DNA of 64,000 nucleotides. Origin: Bacteroidota bacterium. Lineage in GTDB: Bacteria; Bacteroidota; Bacteroidia; 2-12-FULL-35-15. Position 1 is the stretch's first letter, and every line of letters begins with the position of its first letter. Below the pieces are notes generated by a model. That model had not been told where the DNA came from. It did no database searches and saw only the letters and a program-made list of their open reading frames with translations. Of this stretch, positions 39,914-50,641 are shown piece by piece. Made by a program: the position numbers and the translations under genes. Where the stretch lies: the NCBI GenBank assembly GCA_040389865.1, contig JAZJZM010000009.1, positions 5,616-69,615 of the forward strand, read 5' to 3'.

Positions 39914-41167
39914 TTATTTCAGTTTAAAAGCAGCTTTTACTTTAGCAACATAATCTAATTTCTCCCAAGTAAATAATTCAACTTTCATTTTCTTTTCTTT
40001 ACCATCCGGTGTTCTGAATGTTTTAGTTACTACCTCATTTTTACGTCCCATGTGCCCGTAAGCAGCAGTTTCGCTATAAATAGGGTTACGTAATTTTAAA
40101 CGCTGTTCGATAAAGTATGGACGCATGTCAAAAACACTTTCTACCAATTTTGAAATCTGACCATCATTCAATTTAACTTTAGCAGTGCCATACGTATTTA
40201 CATAAATACCCATTGGTTTTGCAACACCGATCGCATAAGATACCTGTACCAAAACTTCAGAACAAACACCTGCTGCAACTAAATTTTTAGCAATATGACG
40301 TGTAGCATAAGCCGCGGAACGATCTACTTTTGAAGGATCTTTACCGGAGAATGCACCACCACCGTGAGCACCTTTACCACCATAAGTATCTACAATAATT
40401 TTACGGCCTGTAAGACCAGAATCCCCATGAGGACCACCAATCACAAATTTACCGGTAGGGTTAATATGGTATTTGATCTTGTCGTTAAACAAATGAGCGA
40501 ATTTTTTGTATTTTGCTTTTACACGAGGAATTAAAATAGAAATAATATCAGATTTAATCTTAGCCAACATTTTTGCTTCTGAATCAAAATCATCATGTTG
40601 TGTTGAAACTACAATAGCATCAATACGTACAGGAACATTATTATCATCGTACTCTAATGTTACCTGCGATTTTGCATCCGGACGCAAATATTTAATTTGT
40701 TTGTCTTCTCTGCGCAATGCAGCTAATTCAATTAATACTTTGTGGGCAAGATCCAATGCTAATGGCATATAATCTTCAGTTTCGTTGGTTGCATAACCAA
40801 ACATCATCCCCTGGTCACCCGCACCTTGCTCTTCTTTTTTCTTTTTATCAACTCCCTGATTAATATCAGCAGATTGTTCGTGAATAGCGGAAAGTACACC
40901 ACATGAATTTGCTTCGAACATATATTCACTTTTTGTGTAACCAATTTTTTTGATCACATCACGAGCAATGGTTTGTACATCCAAATATGCTTTTGATTTT
41001 ACTTCACCTGCAAGTATTACTTGTCCGGTAGTTACTAATGTTTCGCAAGCAACTTTTGATTCAGGATCAAAAGCTAAAAAGTTATCGATTAAAGCGTCAG
41101 AGATCTGATCAGCTATTTTGTCTGGATGTCCTTCTGACACCGATTCGGATGTAAATAAGTATGGCAT
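39914..41167 (-). CDS. metK: S-adenosylmethionine synthetase
   Basis: [43 protein letters not shown]. Confidence 0.98.
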   Translation of the reverse strand: MPYLFTSESVSEGHPDKIADQISDALIDNFLAFDPESKVACETLVTTGQVILAGEVKSKAYLDVQTIARDVIKKIGYTKSEYMFEANSCGVLSAIHEQSADINQGVDKKKKEEQGAGDQGMMFGYATNETEDYMPLALDLAHKVLIELAALRREDKQIKYLRPDAKSQVTLEYDDNNVPVRIDAIVVSTQHDDFDSEAKMLAKIKSDIISILIPRVKAKYKKFAHLFNDKIKYHINPTGKFVIGGPHGDSGLTGRKIIVDTYGGKGAHGGGAFSGKDPSKVDRSAAYATRHIAKNLVAAGVCSEVLVQVSYAIGVAKPMGIYVNTYGTAKVKLNDGQISKLVESVFDMRPYFIEQRLKLRNPIYSETAAYGHMGRKNEVVTKTFRTPDGKEKKMKVELFTWEKLDYVAKVKAAFKLK

Positions 41168-41324
41168 TGTATGTTTAGTTTTTAAATTTTATGGGCGCTA
41201 AAATACAATTAATTAATCAATATGAAATTTTTTGTTTCTATTAGAAACAAACATTTATAAACACCTGTAAAATCTATTGTTATTAACAATTAAATTTGAT
41301 TATATTTCCAACAAAATTCAAACA

Positions 41325-42683
41325 ATGCTCTACTCCTTTCTGAAAATAGTAATGCAAATTACGGTACGTGTATTTTTTCGTTCCATCACCATCCGTAACA
41401 AAGAATTGATCCCTGATAAAGGCCCCTTAATGGTATTGGTAAACCATCCAAGCACTTTTATGGATCCTATTGTAGTAGCAACCATGCTCAATAGAAAAGT
41501 GTTTTTTTTAGGAAAAGGGGAATTATTTAAAAATAAGATCGCTGCATGGCTTTTACCAAAATTCAATGTGATTCCCATCTACCGCCAAAAAGATGACCCT
41601 TCATTGATGAATAAAAACAAAGACGTATTTATTAAGTGCTTTGAACATTTAGAAAATGGTGGCGCCCTATTAATGTTTCCGGAAGGTACAAGCATCACTG
41701 AACGTAAACTGCGACAAATAAAAACAGGGGCTGCACGAATTGCTTTGGGAGCCGAAGCACAAAACAATTTTGAACTTGGAGTGCATATTGTTACCATTGG
41801 ATTGAACTATGCCAACCCTCATAAATTCAATCGAGACCTATTCATCAACATTGACAAACCTATTAAAGTAGCTGATTTTAAAAACGATTATACAAGAGAT
41901 GAATTTCAGGGAGCTGAAAATTTAACAGAAGAAATTCGTAAACGATTAGAAAAATTAATAATTGCCATCGAAGATGATAAAATAGATGAATTAGTAAAAA
42001 ACATCGAAACGCTATATAAATATAAACTTTCGAAAGAACTCGGAATCAGTAAAAAAGATAAGGATGCTGATTTTACGTTGACCAAAAACATTATTGAAAC
42101 TGTAAATTATTACCTTCAAAACCACCCTGAACGCGTTGAAAAGATAAGGGTAAGAGTTCAGGAATATTTAAATAATATAAACAAATTAGGATTAACAGAT
42201 ACTGATATTGTACGAAACCAAAAGAGCAAATCCTTTGTTCGCAATAATTTGAAAGCTTTATTAATACTTGTTTTAGGATTTCCCATTTACATTTATGGAT
42301 TAATAAATAATTTTTTACCTTTTCAAATTCCTGCATCCCTCGCAAAAAAAATAAGCAGTTCTATTGAATTCCGAGGAGCGATCGGTATGGTGGGCGGAAT
42401 GTTTACTTTCCTGATCTTTTATTCCACACAAATTATTTTAGTATGGAAGTTTACGCACATCCGATGGCTCACAATTGCCTATGGATTAAGTCTTCCCTTG
42501 AGCGGTTTATTTGCTTATTGGTACTTTCATACCGTTAATAAAATTCGGACCAAATGGGTGTTAATGCTATTGTTTTACAAAAAAAGTGTATTCATTTCCA
42601 ACCTTATTACTGAGAGGGAACAGATCATTGCTGAATTTGATAAGATCAAAGATGAATACAGGCAGATGCTTACGAGTAAATAA
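41325..42683 (+). CDS. Lysophospholipid acyltransferase family protein with C-terminal membrane segment
   Basis: NHPSTFMD (HxxxxD) and MFPEG motifs; start set at MLYSFL. Confidence 0.85.
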   Translation: MLYSFLKIVMQITVRVFFRSITIRNKELIPDKGPLMVLVNHPSTFMDPIVVATMLNRKVFFLGKGELFKNKIAAWLLPKFNVIPIYRQKDDPSLMNKNKDVFIKCFEHLENGGALLMFPEGTSITERKLRQIKTGAARIALGAEAQNNFELGVHIVTIGLNYANPHKFNRDLFINIDKPIKVADFKNDYTRDEFQGAENLTEEIRKRLEKLIIAIEDDKIDELVKNIETLYKYKLSKELGISKKDKDADFTLTKNIIETVNYYLQNHPERVEKIRVRVQEYLNNINKLGLTDTDIVRNQKSKSFVRNNLKALLILVLGFPIYIYGLINNFLPFQIPASLAKKISSSIEFRGAIGMVGGMFTFLIFYSTQIILVWKFTHIRWLTIAYGLSLPLSGLFAYWYFHTVNKIRTKWVLMLLFYKKSVFISNLITEREQIIAEFDKIKDEYRQMLTSK

Positions 42684-42700
42684 AGTGTTATTGCTCCCAC

Positions 42701-42809
42701 TGTCATCCCGAACTTTGGTGATCCCGCAGTACTGCGGGATTGCTTTTTATTAGTGATTTTTGCAATTGATTAGCAAGATCCCTCTTGGCAAAAGCCAATC
42801 GGGATGACA
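42701..42809. repeat. TGTCATCCCG...CGGGATGACA REP doublet containing a nested 20-bp palindrome
   Basis: Terminal inverted repeats tgtcatcccga / tcgggatgaca; internal atcccgcagtactgcgggat at 42721-42740. Confidence 0.75.
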
Positions 42810-42905
42810 TTGCTGATAAAACATCTACTTCCTAAACAATCAATAAAGCTCACAATTGAATTATTTTGCAATTAAAATTCCATTACCGAAGCTTGCTTGC
42901 GCACC

Positions 42906-42965
42906 TTTCTCGACTACGCTCGAAATGACTGCACACATAGCTATTTCGAGCTGAGTCGAGAAATT
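42906..42965. repeat. TTCTCGACT..CTCGAAAT REP doublet
   Basis: tttctcgactacgctcgaaatgac ... tatttcgagctgagtcgagaaa. Confidence 0.75.
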
Positions 42966-42999
42966 TTGAGGCCATAAATTATTGTGGAATAAATTTAAA

Positions 43000-43920
43000 C
43001 TACTTTTTTTTCGATTGTCTTTTAATAAATTTGACAAGTAAATAAGCGGTTAAACCGAGAATCAACCACAAAGGCCAAACATAAACAACTCCAACAAGAA
43101 AACTTAAAAAACCACTCCATCCATTCCCAAAAGCACTGCCCATTCTACCGAAGAACCCTGGTCTGTCAGTTGGAGTGTATTCGAATTCCTGGTGAAAATT
43201 CAAATTGATGGTACTATAATTTACCTGATCCGAGAGGAATTTCAATTCTCCTTCTTTGGCTTCAATTTCTTCACGTATCTGACCCAATTTTTGTTCTATT
43301 TCTAATATGTCAGACACCTTAGATGCCTTTTGTAATATATCAAGATAGCGTTTTTCAATTTCTTTCTTTGATTTCAAACGAGATTGAATATCAACAAACT
43401 GGGCTGTTACATCTTCGGCAGTAACATTTTTGGAATTTACATTACTTGCAACAGTTAACAGTTTATTTACCATGGAGTCAAAATCTCTGTTCAACACACG
43501 AATCACCATATAATTAGTGATGCTATAGGTTGTATTCTGCTCATTTTCGCTTCCTATGTATGCATTTCCCGATTTTACAATTTTTTCAATTTCAGTTCTT
43601 GCCTTTTTGTAATCCTCCACTGTGATATTCAGATCGGCTGTTTTTTTTATTTTTTCAGGGATCTTAATTCTCTCAACCGTTGAAATGGCATTGTTAACTG
43701 AACTGCCACCCATACCTTCTTTTTTTGACTCATCTTGAACAATACTTGCCTCATCATTCATTACAACATCAGCTGGTGGCGAAGGTGGCGGTGGAGGGCT
43801 CATTTCACTGCTAACAGCCTGTTCAGATGAAGGCATTAAACCATTGTAGTCACCGGACTTATTATCACTACATGAACTTAACATTACAATTGCGAGAAGA
43901 AGGGAATACATAGTTTTCAT
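43000..43920 (-). CDS. DUF4349 domain lipoprotein
   Basis: Lipobox MLSSC; KIKKTADL, AEDVTAQFVDIQSRL, LSDQVNYSTI; C-terminal TM helix. Confidence 0.85.
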   Translation of the reverse strand: MKTMYSLLLAIVMLSSCSDNKSGDYNGLMPSSEQAVSSEMSPPPPPSPPADVVMNDEASIVQDESKKEGMGGSSVNNAISTVERIKIPEKIKKTADLNITVEDYKKARTEIEKIVKSGNAYIGSENEQNTTYSITNYMVIRVLNRDFDSMVNKLLTVASNVNSKNVTAEDVTAQFVDIQSRLKSKKEIEKRYLDILQKASKVSDILEIEQKLGQIREEIEAKEGELKFLSDQVNYSTINLNFHQEFEYTPTDRPGFFGRMGSAFGNGWSGFLSFLVGVVYVWPLWLILGLTAYLLVKFIKRQSKKK

Positions 43921-44034
43921 TTTTAGAGGTTTTTAATGAATTATCGTAAAATAAAGTATTTTATTTCATAGATGCAATAATTTAAAAATTCCATAAGCGA
44001 ATTCTTCTTAATTTCGTTTTTAAATAAAAACATT

Positions 44035-44478
44035 ATGAGCATTTGGTTTAAACCTTATACAGCTGCCGACATTCAAAGGATGCTGAAAAACAATATGTGT
44101 GAAACCATTGGTATTGAAATTACCGAACTCACACCCGATTCTGTTAAAGGCAAAATGCCCGTGGATCACCGCACAGTGCAGCCTATGAATATATTGCACG
44201 GTGGTGCATCCGTTGCTTTAGCCGAAACACTTGGCAGTATCGGTTCCCATTTAATTGTAGATCCCACTATTTATGCCTGTGTAGGATTGGATATAAATGC
44301 CAATCATTTACGCCCTGCAGTTGGTGGATTTGTTTATGCCGAGGCAAAACCAATTCATATTGGTAAAAAAACACATGTATGGAGTATTGAAATAAAAAAT
44401 GAGCAAGGTAAATTGGTTTGTATAAGCAGGCTTACAATGGCTGTAATTGAAATACCAGTTGGAAAGTTGAAAGTTTAA
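44035..44478 (+). CDS. Hotdog-fold thioesterase (PaaI/MenI-like)
   Basis: QPMNILHGGASVALAETLGS motif. Confidence 0.88.
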   Translation: MSIWFKPYTAADIQRMLKNNMCETIGIEITELTPDSVKGKMPVDHRTVQPMNILHGGASVALAETLGSIGSHLIVDPTIYACVGLDINANHLRPAVGGFVYAEAKPIHIGKKTHVWSIEIKNEQGKLVCISRLTMAVIEIPVGKLKV

Positions 44479-44524
44479 AGTTAAGTACTCAACTTTAAAC
44501 TTTGAACTTTAAACTTTAAACTAA
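44456..44524. repeat. AAAGTT/AACTTT heptamer inverted-arm spacer whose left arm encodes the thioesterase C-terminus
   Basis: ggaaagttgaaagtttaaagtt-aagtactc-aactttaaactttgaactttaaactttaaact. Confidence 0.8.
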
Positions 44525-44536
44525 AAAATAAAAATT

Positions 44537-44794
44537 ATGTGGAAAGAAGAAAATGACCAATTGAAACGCAGCTTTCAGTTTACTAATTTTATTGAAGCAT
44601 TTGGCTTTATGACCAAAGTAGCACTGGTAGCGGAAAAGATGAATCATCATCCAAACTGGAGTAATGTATATAACAAAGTAGATATTACCCTTTGCACCCA
44701 TGATGAAGGCAATACCATTACTGAAAAAGACCGCAAACTTGCGAATGAAATTGATAAAGCTTTTGCAGGAAAAAGTTCTCTTTTCCAACGATAA
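44537..44794 (+). CDS. 4a-hydroxytetrahydrobiopterin dehydratase (pterin-4-alpha-carbinolamine dehydratase)
   Basis: [21 protein letters not shown] motif. Confidence 0.92.
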   Translation: MWKEENDQLKRSFQFTNFIEAFGFMTKVALVAEKMNHHPNWSNVYNKVDITLCTHDEGNTITEKDRKLANEIDKAFAGKSSLFQR

Positions 44795-44884
44795 GTAATT
44801 CTTTGGGATTATTCTAAATTAACGCTGCAGAGTTCAAAACTCCATGGGGCTGATCAAGACAAGCGTAAAAATTAATTAAAAAGA

Positions 44885-46354
44885 ATGATCAAAAGATCTT
44901 TAATTCTACTTCTTTTTTTGTCGCAAATTATTTTTTCATATTCACAAAGTATCTCAAAACTGAGTATTGAAATTGAAAAATTAAAAACCGATGAAGCTCT
45001 AAAACATGCTGTTTGGAGCATTTGTGTGATGCCTCTAAAAAAAGACACTATCCTTGCCGAATACAACAGTAATATTAGCCTTATCCCCGCAAGCACCTTA
45101 AAAATCGTAACTACCGGAGCTGCGCTATCCATGCTTGGTGGCGATTTTAAATTCGAAACAAAACTTCAATATGATGGGGTATTTGATACCATAACGGGAA
45201 TACTTAAAGGTAATTTATATATTGTTGGAGGAGGCGACCCCACTCTTGAATCGGAATATTTTAAAGACAAAAAAGACAGCTTAAGTACAACAGATAAATG
45301 GGCAGAATTACTTAAAAAGAAAGGAATAAAAAAGATTGAAGGCGCTATCATCGGTGATGCAGGTATTTTTGATGACAATATACTCCCAGCCCAATGGATA
45401 TGGGCCGATATTGGAAATTATTTTGGTGCAGGTGCCAGTGGATTATCCTACCATGATAATAAATATACCTTGTATTTGAAATCAGGAGCGATAGGAAGTA
45501 AAACGGTGATCACCAAAACAACACCCGAAATTGATGGGTTGCAAATGATAAATAATGTATCATCAGGCGGAAATGACGATAATGCTTTTATTTATGGTGC
45601 CCCTTACTCTTATTACCGGCAGATTCAAGGCACTATTCCTGCTAACAAAAACAATTATGAAGTGGAAGGCTCTATACCCGACCCTGCTTTATTTTGCGCA
45701 CAATCATTAGAAAGCTCATTAAAAAAAATGGGCATAAAAATCACAAAAAAACCAACAACTGTGAGGGTTTTAAAAGAAGCTGATGAATATCTTTTTTCTA
45801 ATAAATATACTTTATACAAACACTATTCTCCAACGCTAAATGAAATTGTATACTGGACAAATTTTAAAAGTAATAATTTATATGCCGAGCACTTGCTTAA
45901 ATACATTGCTTACAAAAAAGATGGAATAGGCAGGGAAAATGAGGGTACGGAGATCATTACCGCATTTTGGAAAAATAAAGGAGTGGATGTTAATGGGTTC
46001 TTTATGAATGACGGCTGCGGACTTTCCCGTTCCAACGTAATTACAACCAAAACCGAAGCTCAAATTTTACGCCTGATGGCAAAAGACAAAAACTTTAAAG
46101 CATATTACAGATCCTTTCCTATTGCCGGAAAAATTGGCCCTTTGGACAATTTCTGTGAAGGTACATCTGCGAAAGATAATTTGTGTGCCAAAAGCGGATA
46201 TATTACAAGAGCACGCGGTTATGCTGGTTATGTAAAAAATAAAAAGGGCGAAATGCTTTGTTTCTCTTTATTGGCAAACAATTATGAATGTACGCCCCCG
46301 GAAATGAAAAAAAAGTTAGAGAAGTTGATGATCGCAATAGCTGAGATGGAGTGA
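44885..46354 (+). CDS. dacB: D-alanyl-D-alanine carboxypeptidase/endopeptidase (PBP4, S13 family)
   Basis: PASTLK (SxxK), SNN (SxN), DGCGLSRSN, AKSG (KTG-like). Confidence 0.92.
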   Translation: MIKRSLILLLFLSQIIFSYSQSISKLSIEIEKLKTDEALKHAVWSICVMPLKKDTILAEYNSNISLIPASTLKIVTTGAALSMLGGDFKFETKLQYDGVFDTITGILKGNLYIVGGGDPTLESEYFKDKKDSLSTTDKWAELLKKKGIKKIEGAIIGDAGIFDDNILPAQWIWADIGNYFGAGASGLSYHDNKYTLYLKSGAIGSKTVITKTTPEIDGLQMINNVSSGGNDDNAFIYGAPYSYYRQIQGTIPANKNNYEVEGSIPDPALFCAQSLESSLKKMGIKITKKPTTVRVLKEADEYLFSNKYTLYKHYSPTLNEIVYWTNFKSNNLYAEHLLKYIAYKKDGIGRENEGTEIITAFWKNKGVDVNGFFMNDGCGLSRSNVITTKTEAQILRLMAKDKNFKAYYRSFPIAGKIGPLDNFCEGTSAKDNLCAKSGYITRARGYAGYVKNKKGEMLCFSLLANNYECTPPEMKKKLEKLMIAIAEME

Positions 46355-46368
46355 GTGTCGTTTGCGGG

Positions 46369-46643
46369 AATTTAACACAGAGGTCACTGAGTGTTATGAG
46401 TTTCACAGAGAAAAAACAGATTTTTCATTAATAGTTATAAAACTCTGTGCACCTCCATTTCCACTGTGTACTCTGTGTTGAACAATATTAGATTGTAATA
46501 GCGGAGCTGTGAGTGAGTGTTGAGTCGAAAAAATTTAACACGGAGATCACAGAGTTTAGAGAGTTGCACAGAGAAATGTCAGATATTTTTTTAGATTTTA
46601 AAACTCTGTGTACCTCCGTTTCCACTGTGTACTCTGTGTTAAA
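46369..46643. repeat. Two tandem CACAGAG...CTCTGTG REP doublets (period about 161 bp)
   Basis: 46369-46482 and 46531-46643 share aatttaacac(a/g)gag...cacagag and aaaactctgtg..cctcc.tttccactgtgtactctgtgtt. Confidence 0.85.
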
Positions 46644-46650
46644 AAAAATT

Positions 46651-47334
46651 TTAAAATTCAAATTTATACCCAATACCCTTAATCGTTTTAATAAAATCTT
46701 CCCCAATCTTTTCACGCAGTTTACGGATATGGACATCAATGGTTCGGTCCCCTACCACTACATCTCCACCCCAAACCAGATCCAAAATAACTTCGCGGGT
46801 AAATACTTTTCCTGGTTTTGAAGCAAGCAAAGCAAGTAATTCAAACTCTTTTTTCGGAAGGTTTATTTCTACACCATTTTTTTCAATAACATAGCGCTCA
46901 CGATCGATCTTAATCCCACCTGTGTCTACCTTATCTGTTTTATTAGATTCAGTGCCTGTACCCCTTCTTAATAAAGCTTTAATACGGCTGATCAGTACCC
47001 GAGGTTTAATCGGTTTATTGATGTAATCATCGGCACCTACGTCAAACCCAGCAATTTGAGAATAATCTTCATTACGTGCCGTTAAAAATGCGATCATCAC
47101 ATTTTTTAATTCAGGTATTTCACGTAAGCCTCTGCACGTTTCAATACCATCCATATCAGGCATCATCACATCTAATATAATTAGATCCGGAGTTACTTTT
47201 TTAGCAACGGTTATGGCTTCTTTACCATTATTAGCTATAAATACACTGTAGCCTTCCTTTTTTAGATTGTAACTAAGAAACTCTAAAATATCTTGCTCAT
47301 CATCTACCAGTAATATTTTTTGTTCGGTACTCAT
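46651..47334 (-). CDS. OmpR/PhoB-family response regulator
   Basis: LLVDDE, IILDVMMP, KP receiver motifs; wHTH RTIDVHIRKLREK..TIKGIGYKF. Confidence 0.93.
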   Translation of the reverse strand: MSTEQKILLVDDEQDILEFLSYNLKKEGYSVFIANNGKEAITVAKKVTPDLIILDVMMPDMDGIETCRGLREIPELKNVMIAFLTARNEDYSQIAGFDVGADDYINKPIKPRVLISRIKALLRRGTGTESNKTDKVDTGGIKIDRERYVIEKNGVEINLPKKEFELLALLASKPGKVFTREVILDLVWGGDVVVGDRTIDVHIRKLREKIGEDFIKTIKGIGYKFEF

Positions 47335-47382
47335 ACTTTTTCAATTAATTTAATGTAAAGTTCCCATTTAGATTTGACTTTA

Positions 47383-47412
47383 GTGTTAAATCTAAATTAA
47401 CTTAACATTAAC
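47383..47412 (-). promoter_or_regulatory. 11-bp-period TTAA(C/A) direct repeats upstream of the response regulator (candidate OmpR/PhoB-type boxes)
   Basis: ttaaa at 47386, ttaac at 47397 and ttaac at 47408. Confidence 0.4.
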
Positions 47413-47466
47413 AAAATAAGATGACAGCTATAAGTATTGAGAAAAGATGCCAAAAAAGCAATCAAT

Positions 47467-48771
47467 TTACAAAAACTCTACCACTTTCTCCAGTTTTATT
47501 CCCCGCGAACCTTTAATTAAAATAGTGGACTCTTTTACAGGATGTTGTTTGAGATAATCTACCACTTCATCGCTATTAGAAAAAGTTTTTGCATTAATTA
47601 ATCTGCCGGCCTCTTTGAAAAAAGGGCCAACCAATATTAAATTGTTTATATTTTTATTTTTCAGCAGGTTTACAATACTATCATGTTCTTTTGCAGTATC
47701 ATCACCTAATTCAAGCATATCGCCCAATATCGCCATTTTATTGGGCTGATCCATTTGCGCAAAATTTTCGATGGCTGCATTCATACTGGATGGGTTTGCA
47801 TTATATGCATCTAACAATAACAAGTTACTTTTTGTTTGCATCACCTGAGAGCGATTATTAGAAGGAACATAATTCTCTAATCCGGTTTTAATTTGTATGT
47901 CCGAAACATCAAAATAATGACCAATACAGGCTGCTGCCAAAATGTTCTCGAAATTATAATTCCCAATTAATTGTGTTGTAATAACAGGTTTTTCCGCAAT
48001 TGGTTGCTTATCATTTTTCGCTTTGCATTTCAATTTTACAAAAGGATTACTTTCAACAAATTGCCCTTCATAATCAACACTTTTCGATGTTCCAAAAGTT
48101 ACTTTATCAATCCCATCCGAAAGTTGCTGAAGCAATTTATTATCCGCGTTCACAAAAAGTTTCGCTCCCTTTTTTTGAATGAAATGGTATAATTCACTTT
48201 TCGCTTTTACAACACCTTCGTATCCGCCAAACCCTTCTAAATGCGCTTTTCCAATATTTGTTATCATTCCAAAATCAGGTTCGGCAATTGCACAAAGCAT
48301 AGCAATTTCTCCAACATGATTTGCGCCCATTTCAACGATAGCGATTTCGTGCTGTTTGGTAATATTCAATAAAGTAAGCGGTACCCCAATATGATTGTTC
48401 AAATTCCCCTTGGTTGCAAGCACATTATATTTTTGGCTCAATACCGCATTTAGGAGTTCTTTCGAAGTTGTTTTCCCGTTTGTGCCGGTAATACTTATGA
48501 TTGGAATTGATAGTTGTTTGCGATGATGATTTGCCAAAGCTTGCAAAGTGGATAACACATCTTCAACCAAAAAATATCGTGCATCTTTTTTGTAAATTTC
48601 TTCATCTATCACCACCAACGAACAACCTGAATTTAAAGCCTGTTCGGCAAATTTATTTGCATTAAAATTATCTCCTTTCAATGCAAAAAAAATAGAGCCT
48701 TGTTTAATGTCCCGTGTATCGGTACAAACAACAGGGTGTTTAAGAAAGTGATTATAAAGTTCCTGAATCAT
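47467..48771 (-). CDS. murF: UDP-N-acetylmuramoyl-tripeptide--D-Ala-D-Ala ligase
   Basis: ITGTNGKTT, NLNNHIGVP, EMGANH, DAYNANP, LGDMLELG, KGSRG. Confidence 0.96.
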   Translation of the reverse strand: MIQELYNHFLKHPVVCTDTRDIKQGSIFFALKGDNFNANKFAEQALNSGCSLVVIDEEIYKKDARYFLVEDVLSTLQALANHHRKQLSIPIISITGTNGKTTSKELLNAVLSQKYNVLATKGNLNNHIGVPLTLLNITKQHEIAIVEMGANHVGEIAMLCAIAEPDFGMITNIGKAHLEGFGGYEGVVKAKSELYHFIQKKGAKLFVNADNKLLQQLSDGIDKVTFGTSKSVDYEGQFVESNPFVKLKCKAKNDKQPIAEKPVITTQLIGNYNFENILAAACIGHYFDVSDIQIKTGLENYVPSNNRSQVMQTKSNLLLLDAYNANPSSMNAAIENFAQMDQPNKMAILGDMLELGDDTAKEHDSIVNLLKNKNINNLILVGPFFKEAGRLINAKTFSNSDEVVDYLKQHPVKESTILIKGSRGIKLEKVVEFL

Positions 48772-48831
48772 ATTAATGTATTATTCAAAAAATAAAAAAT
48801 TATATTAAATAACAAATTTGCTAATGGATAT

Positions 48832-49611
48832 TTATTTTAATTCCGAGGGTATTTCACAAACCGGAATAGGATTCATTTTGTGTTGATTTGCTTTATTCAT
48901 TCTTGTATAAATGTCCAAAACTATTTGTTGACGCTCGGTTAATTTTGTGAAATTTTCAGGTTTATCTAAAAACGCCATTGCCCATTCCAACTCATCATAA
49001 GTAGCACCTATCTGGTCCTCATCGCTCCTACTATCTGCAAATAAGCCATCAGTTGGCTTTGCGGCAATTATAGATCCCACTATACCTAATTCCTTTGACA
49101 GGGTAAACACCTCAGATTTCATTAGATCTGCAATGGGGCTTAGATCAACTCCTCCATCACCATATTTTGTAAAAAAGCCAATCCCAAAATCTTCTACTTT
49201 GTTTCCGGTTCCTACCACAAGCATTTTTTTATTGCATGCAAATGCATACAAAGTTGTCATTCGTAAACGTGCACGGGTATTTGCCATCGTTAACCAATCC
49301 TGTATATCTGTAGGCAACGCTGTACTAATACTTTTAAAAGTTTCGGTTAATTCTACCTCATAGGAAGTTACATTATCGAAATTTTTCTTCAGCCAATCAA
49401 TATGTTCGTGCCCTCTGTCATATTCCGTTTTATGCTGATGTATGGGCATATTCAAACAAATTACAGGCTTCCCTGTTTTAGCGCATAAGGTAGATGTTAA
49501 TGCGGAATCAATGCCACCGGAAATGCCAATAACAAAACCGCTCGTTTTACTTTGCTCACTATAATTGTGAAGCCAATGGACTATATGATCTATAACTTCC
49601 TTGTTTTTCAT
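48832..49611 (-). CDS. nadE: NAD+ synthetase (single-domain, NH3-dependent type)
   Basis: GISGGIDS, ARLRM, GTGNKVE..GFFTKYGDGG, PTDGL; start set at MKNKEV. Confidence 0.95.
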   Translation of the reverse strand: MKNKEVIDHIVHWLHNYSEQSKTSGFVIGISGGIDSALTSTLCAKTGKPVICLNMPIHQHKTEYDRGHEHIDWLKKNFDNVTSYEVELTETFKSISTALPTDIQDWLTMANTRARLRMTTLYAFACNKKMLVVGTGNKVEDFGIGFFTKYGDGGVDLSPIADLMKSEVFTLSKELGIVGSIIAAKPTDGLFADSRSDEDQIGATYDELEWAMAFLDKPENFTKLTERQQIVLDIYTRMNKANQHKMNPIPVCEIPSELK

Positions 49612-49635
49612 CGATGTATCTATCCTGAAAATAAA

Positions 49636-49666
49636 AATCCCGATTTCCAAAACAGAAATCGGGATT
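49636..49666 (-). terminator. Intrinsic terminator after the beta-barrel gene
   Basis: AATCCCGATTTC-7 nt loop-GAAATCGGGATT followed by a T-rich run on the minus strand. Confidence 0.6.
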
Positions 49667-49687
49667 AAATATACTAAATATTATTTT

Positions 49688-50548
49688 TTAAAACAGCACT
49701 CCAACATTAAGAAGTACTGCATTGGACTTAATGCTTTGAGGCATTTTAGATTCAATATATGAGTTAGGGTTAGAACCATAATCCGCATTATTTGCGCGTC
49801 TTCCCAAATAATTTGAATTACTTTTAACAACATTAGTAAAGCCTAAATTGTAACTCAAACCAAATGTTAATGAAGTAGTGCCGGAAAAATTAAGTTCAGA
49901 ACCTACACCAAAATTCAAAGACACAGCATATACGCTAACATCCTTAGTGATATCAATTTTTGATTTATTGTCATTTGTACCTAAAGTATTGGTAGCATCG
50001 TTGATCACTTGTAATTCATCATTTGCACTCGCTTTCCATCTGAAAGAATTGTTCATTCCAATATGACCATAATAGGTTAAGGCTCCAATTTCCTTAGTTT
50101 TCATTTTAATTGATAACGGAATAGTGATGTAGGTAACTTTGTAAGTACGCTTGTTCAATTGATAGTGGGTGTGAGAAGGTGAATTAGCTAGAACTTTATC
50201 ATAGACTACAATTTCATCATCCAGACCCAAATAATAGTAACTAACCGTATTTGCATTAGCATTGTTAGGGCCACCATTATTATATTTCATTTTCCCTCCA
50301 TCCACATCAACCTGAACCCCCGTTTGAATGGAAACAACCTTCGCCAATCTAAATTCTGTAACTAAACCTCCTCCGTATCCAAAAATAGGACCAGCCGCTG
50401 AAATAATTTTACCATCAGGCTTATACCAATTTATAGAAGGTGAAAATTTTAAGCCAAAACGGAAATTTCTAAGTTCATTCTCAGCCTCTTGTCCAAATAG
50501 TAAATTGGACGACAAAGCTATTGCAGTAATTATAAAAATCTTCTTCAT
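49688..50548 (-). CDS. Outer-membrane beta-barrel (porin-family/PorT-like) protein
   Basis: Signal peptide; FRFGLKFSP, YITIPLSIKMKT; C-terminal VGVLF. Confidence 0.75.
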   Translation of the reverse strand: MKKIFIITAIALSSNLLFGQEAENELRNFRFGLKFSPSINWYKPDGKIISAAGPIFGYGGGLVTEFRLAKVVSIQTGVQVDVDGGKMKYNNGGPNNANANTVSYYYLGLDDEIVVYDKVLANSPSHTHYQLNKRTYKVTYITIPLSIKMKTKEIGALTYYGHIGMNNSFRWKASANDELQVINDATNTLGTNDNKSKIDITKDVSVYAVSLNFGVGSELNFSGTTSLTFGLSYNLGFTNVVKSNSNYLGRRANNADYGSNPNSYIESKMPQSIKSNAVLLNVGVLF

Positions 50549-50641
50549 ATTTTTTCTAATTTTGAAGTTTTATTAATAAATTGACCAGAATTATCTTTAC
50601 ATTACAATATTAGGTATATTTTTTATAATTTACATTTTAAT

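Noticed and set aside
41168-41324. SAM riboswitch upstream of metK
   Set aside because: Short, very AT-rich divergent spacer with no recognisable SAM-I or SAM-II core.
46488-46821. ORFs 46513-46821 (+) and 46488-46739 (-)
   Set aside because: They are translated CACAGAG repeats overlapping the response regulator end.
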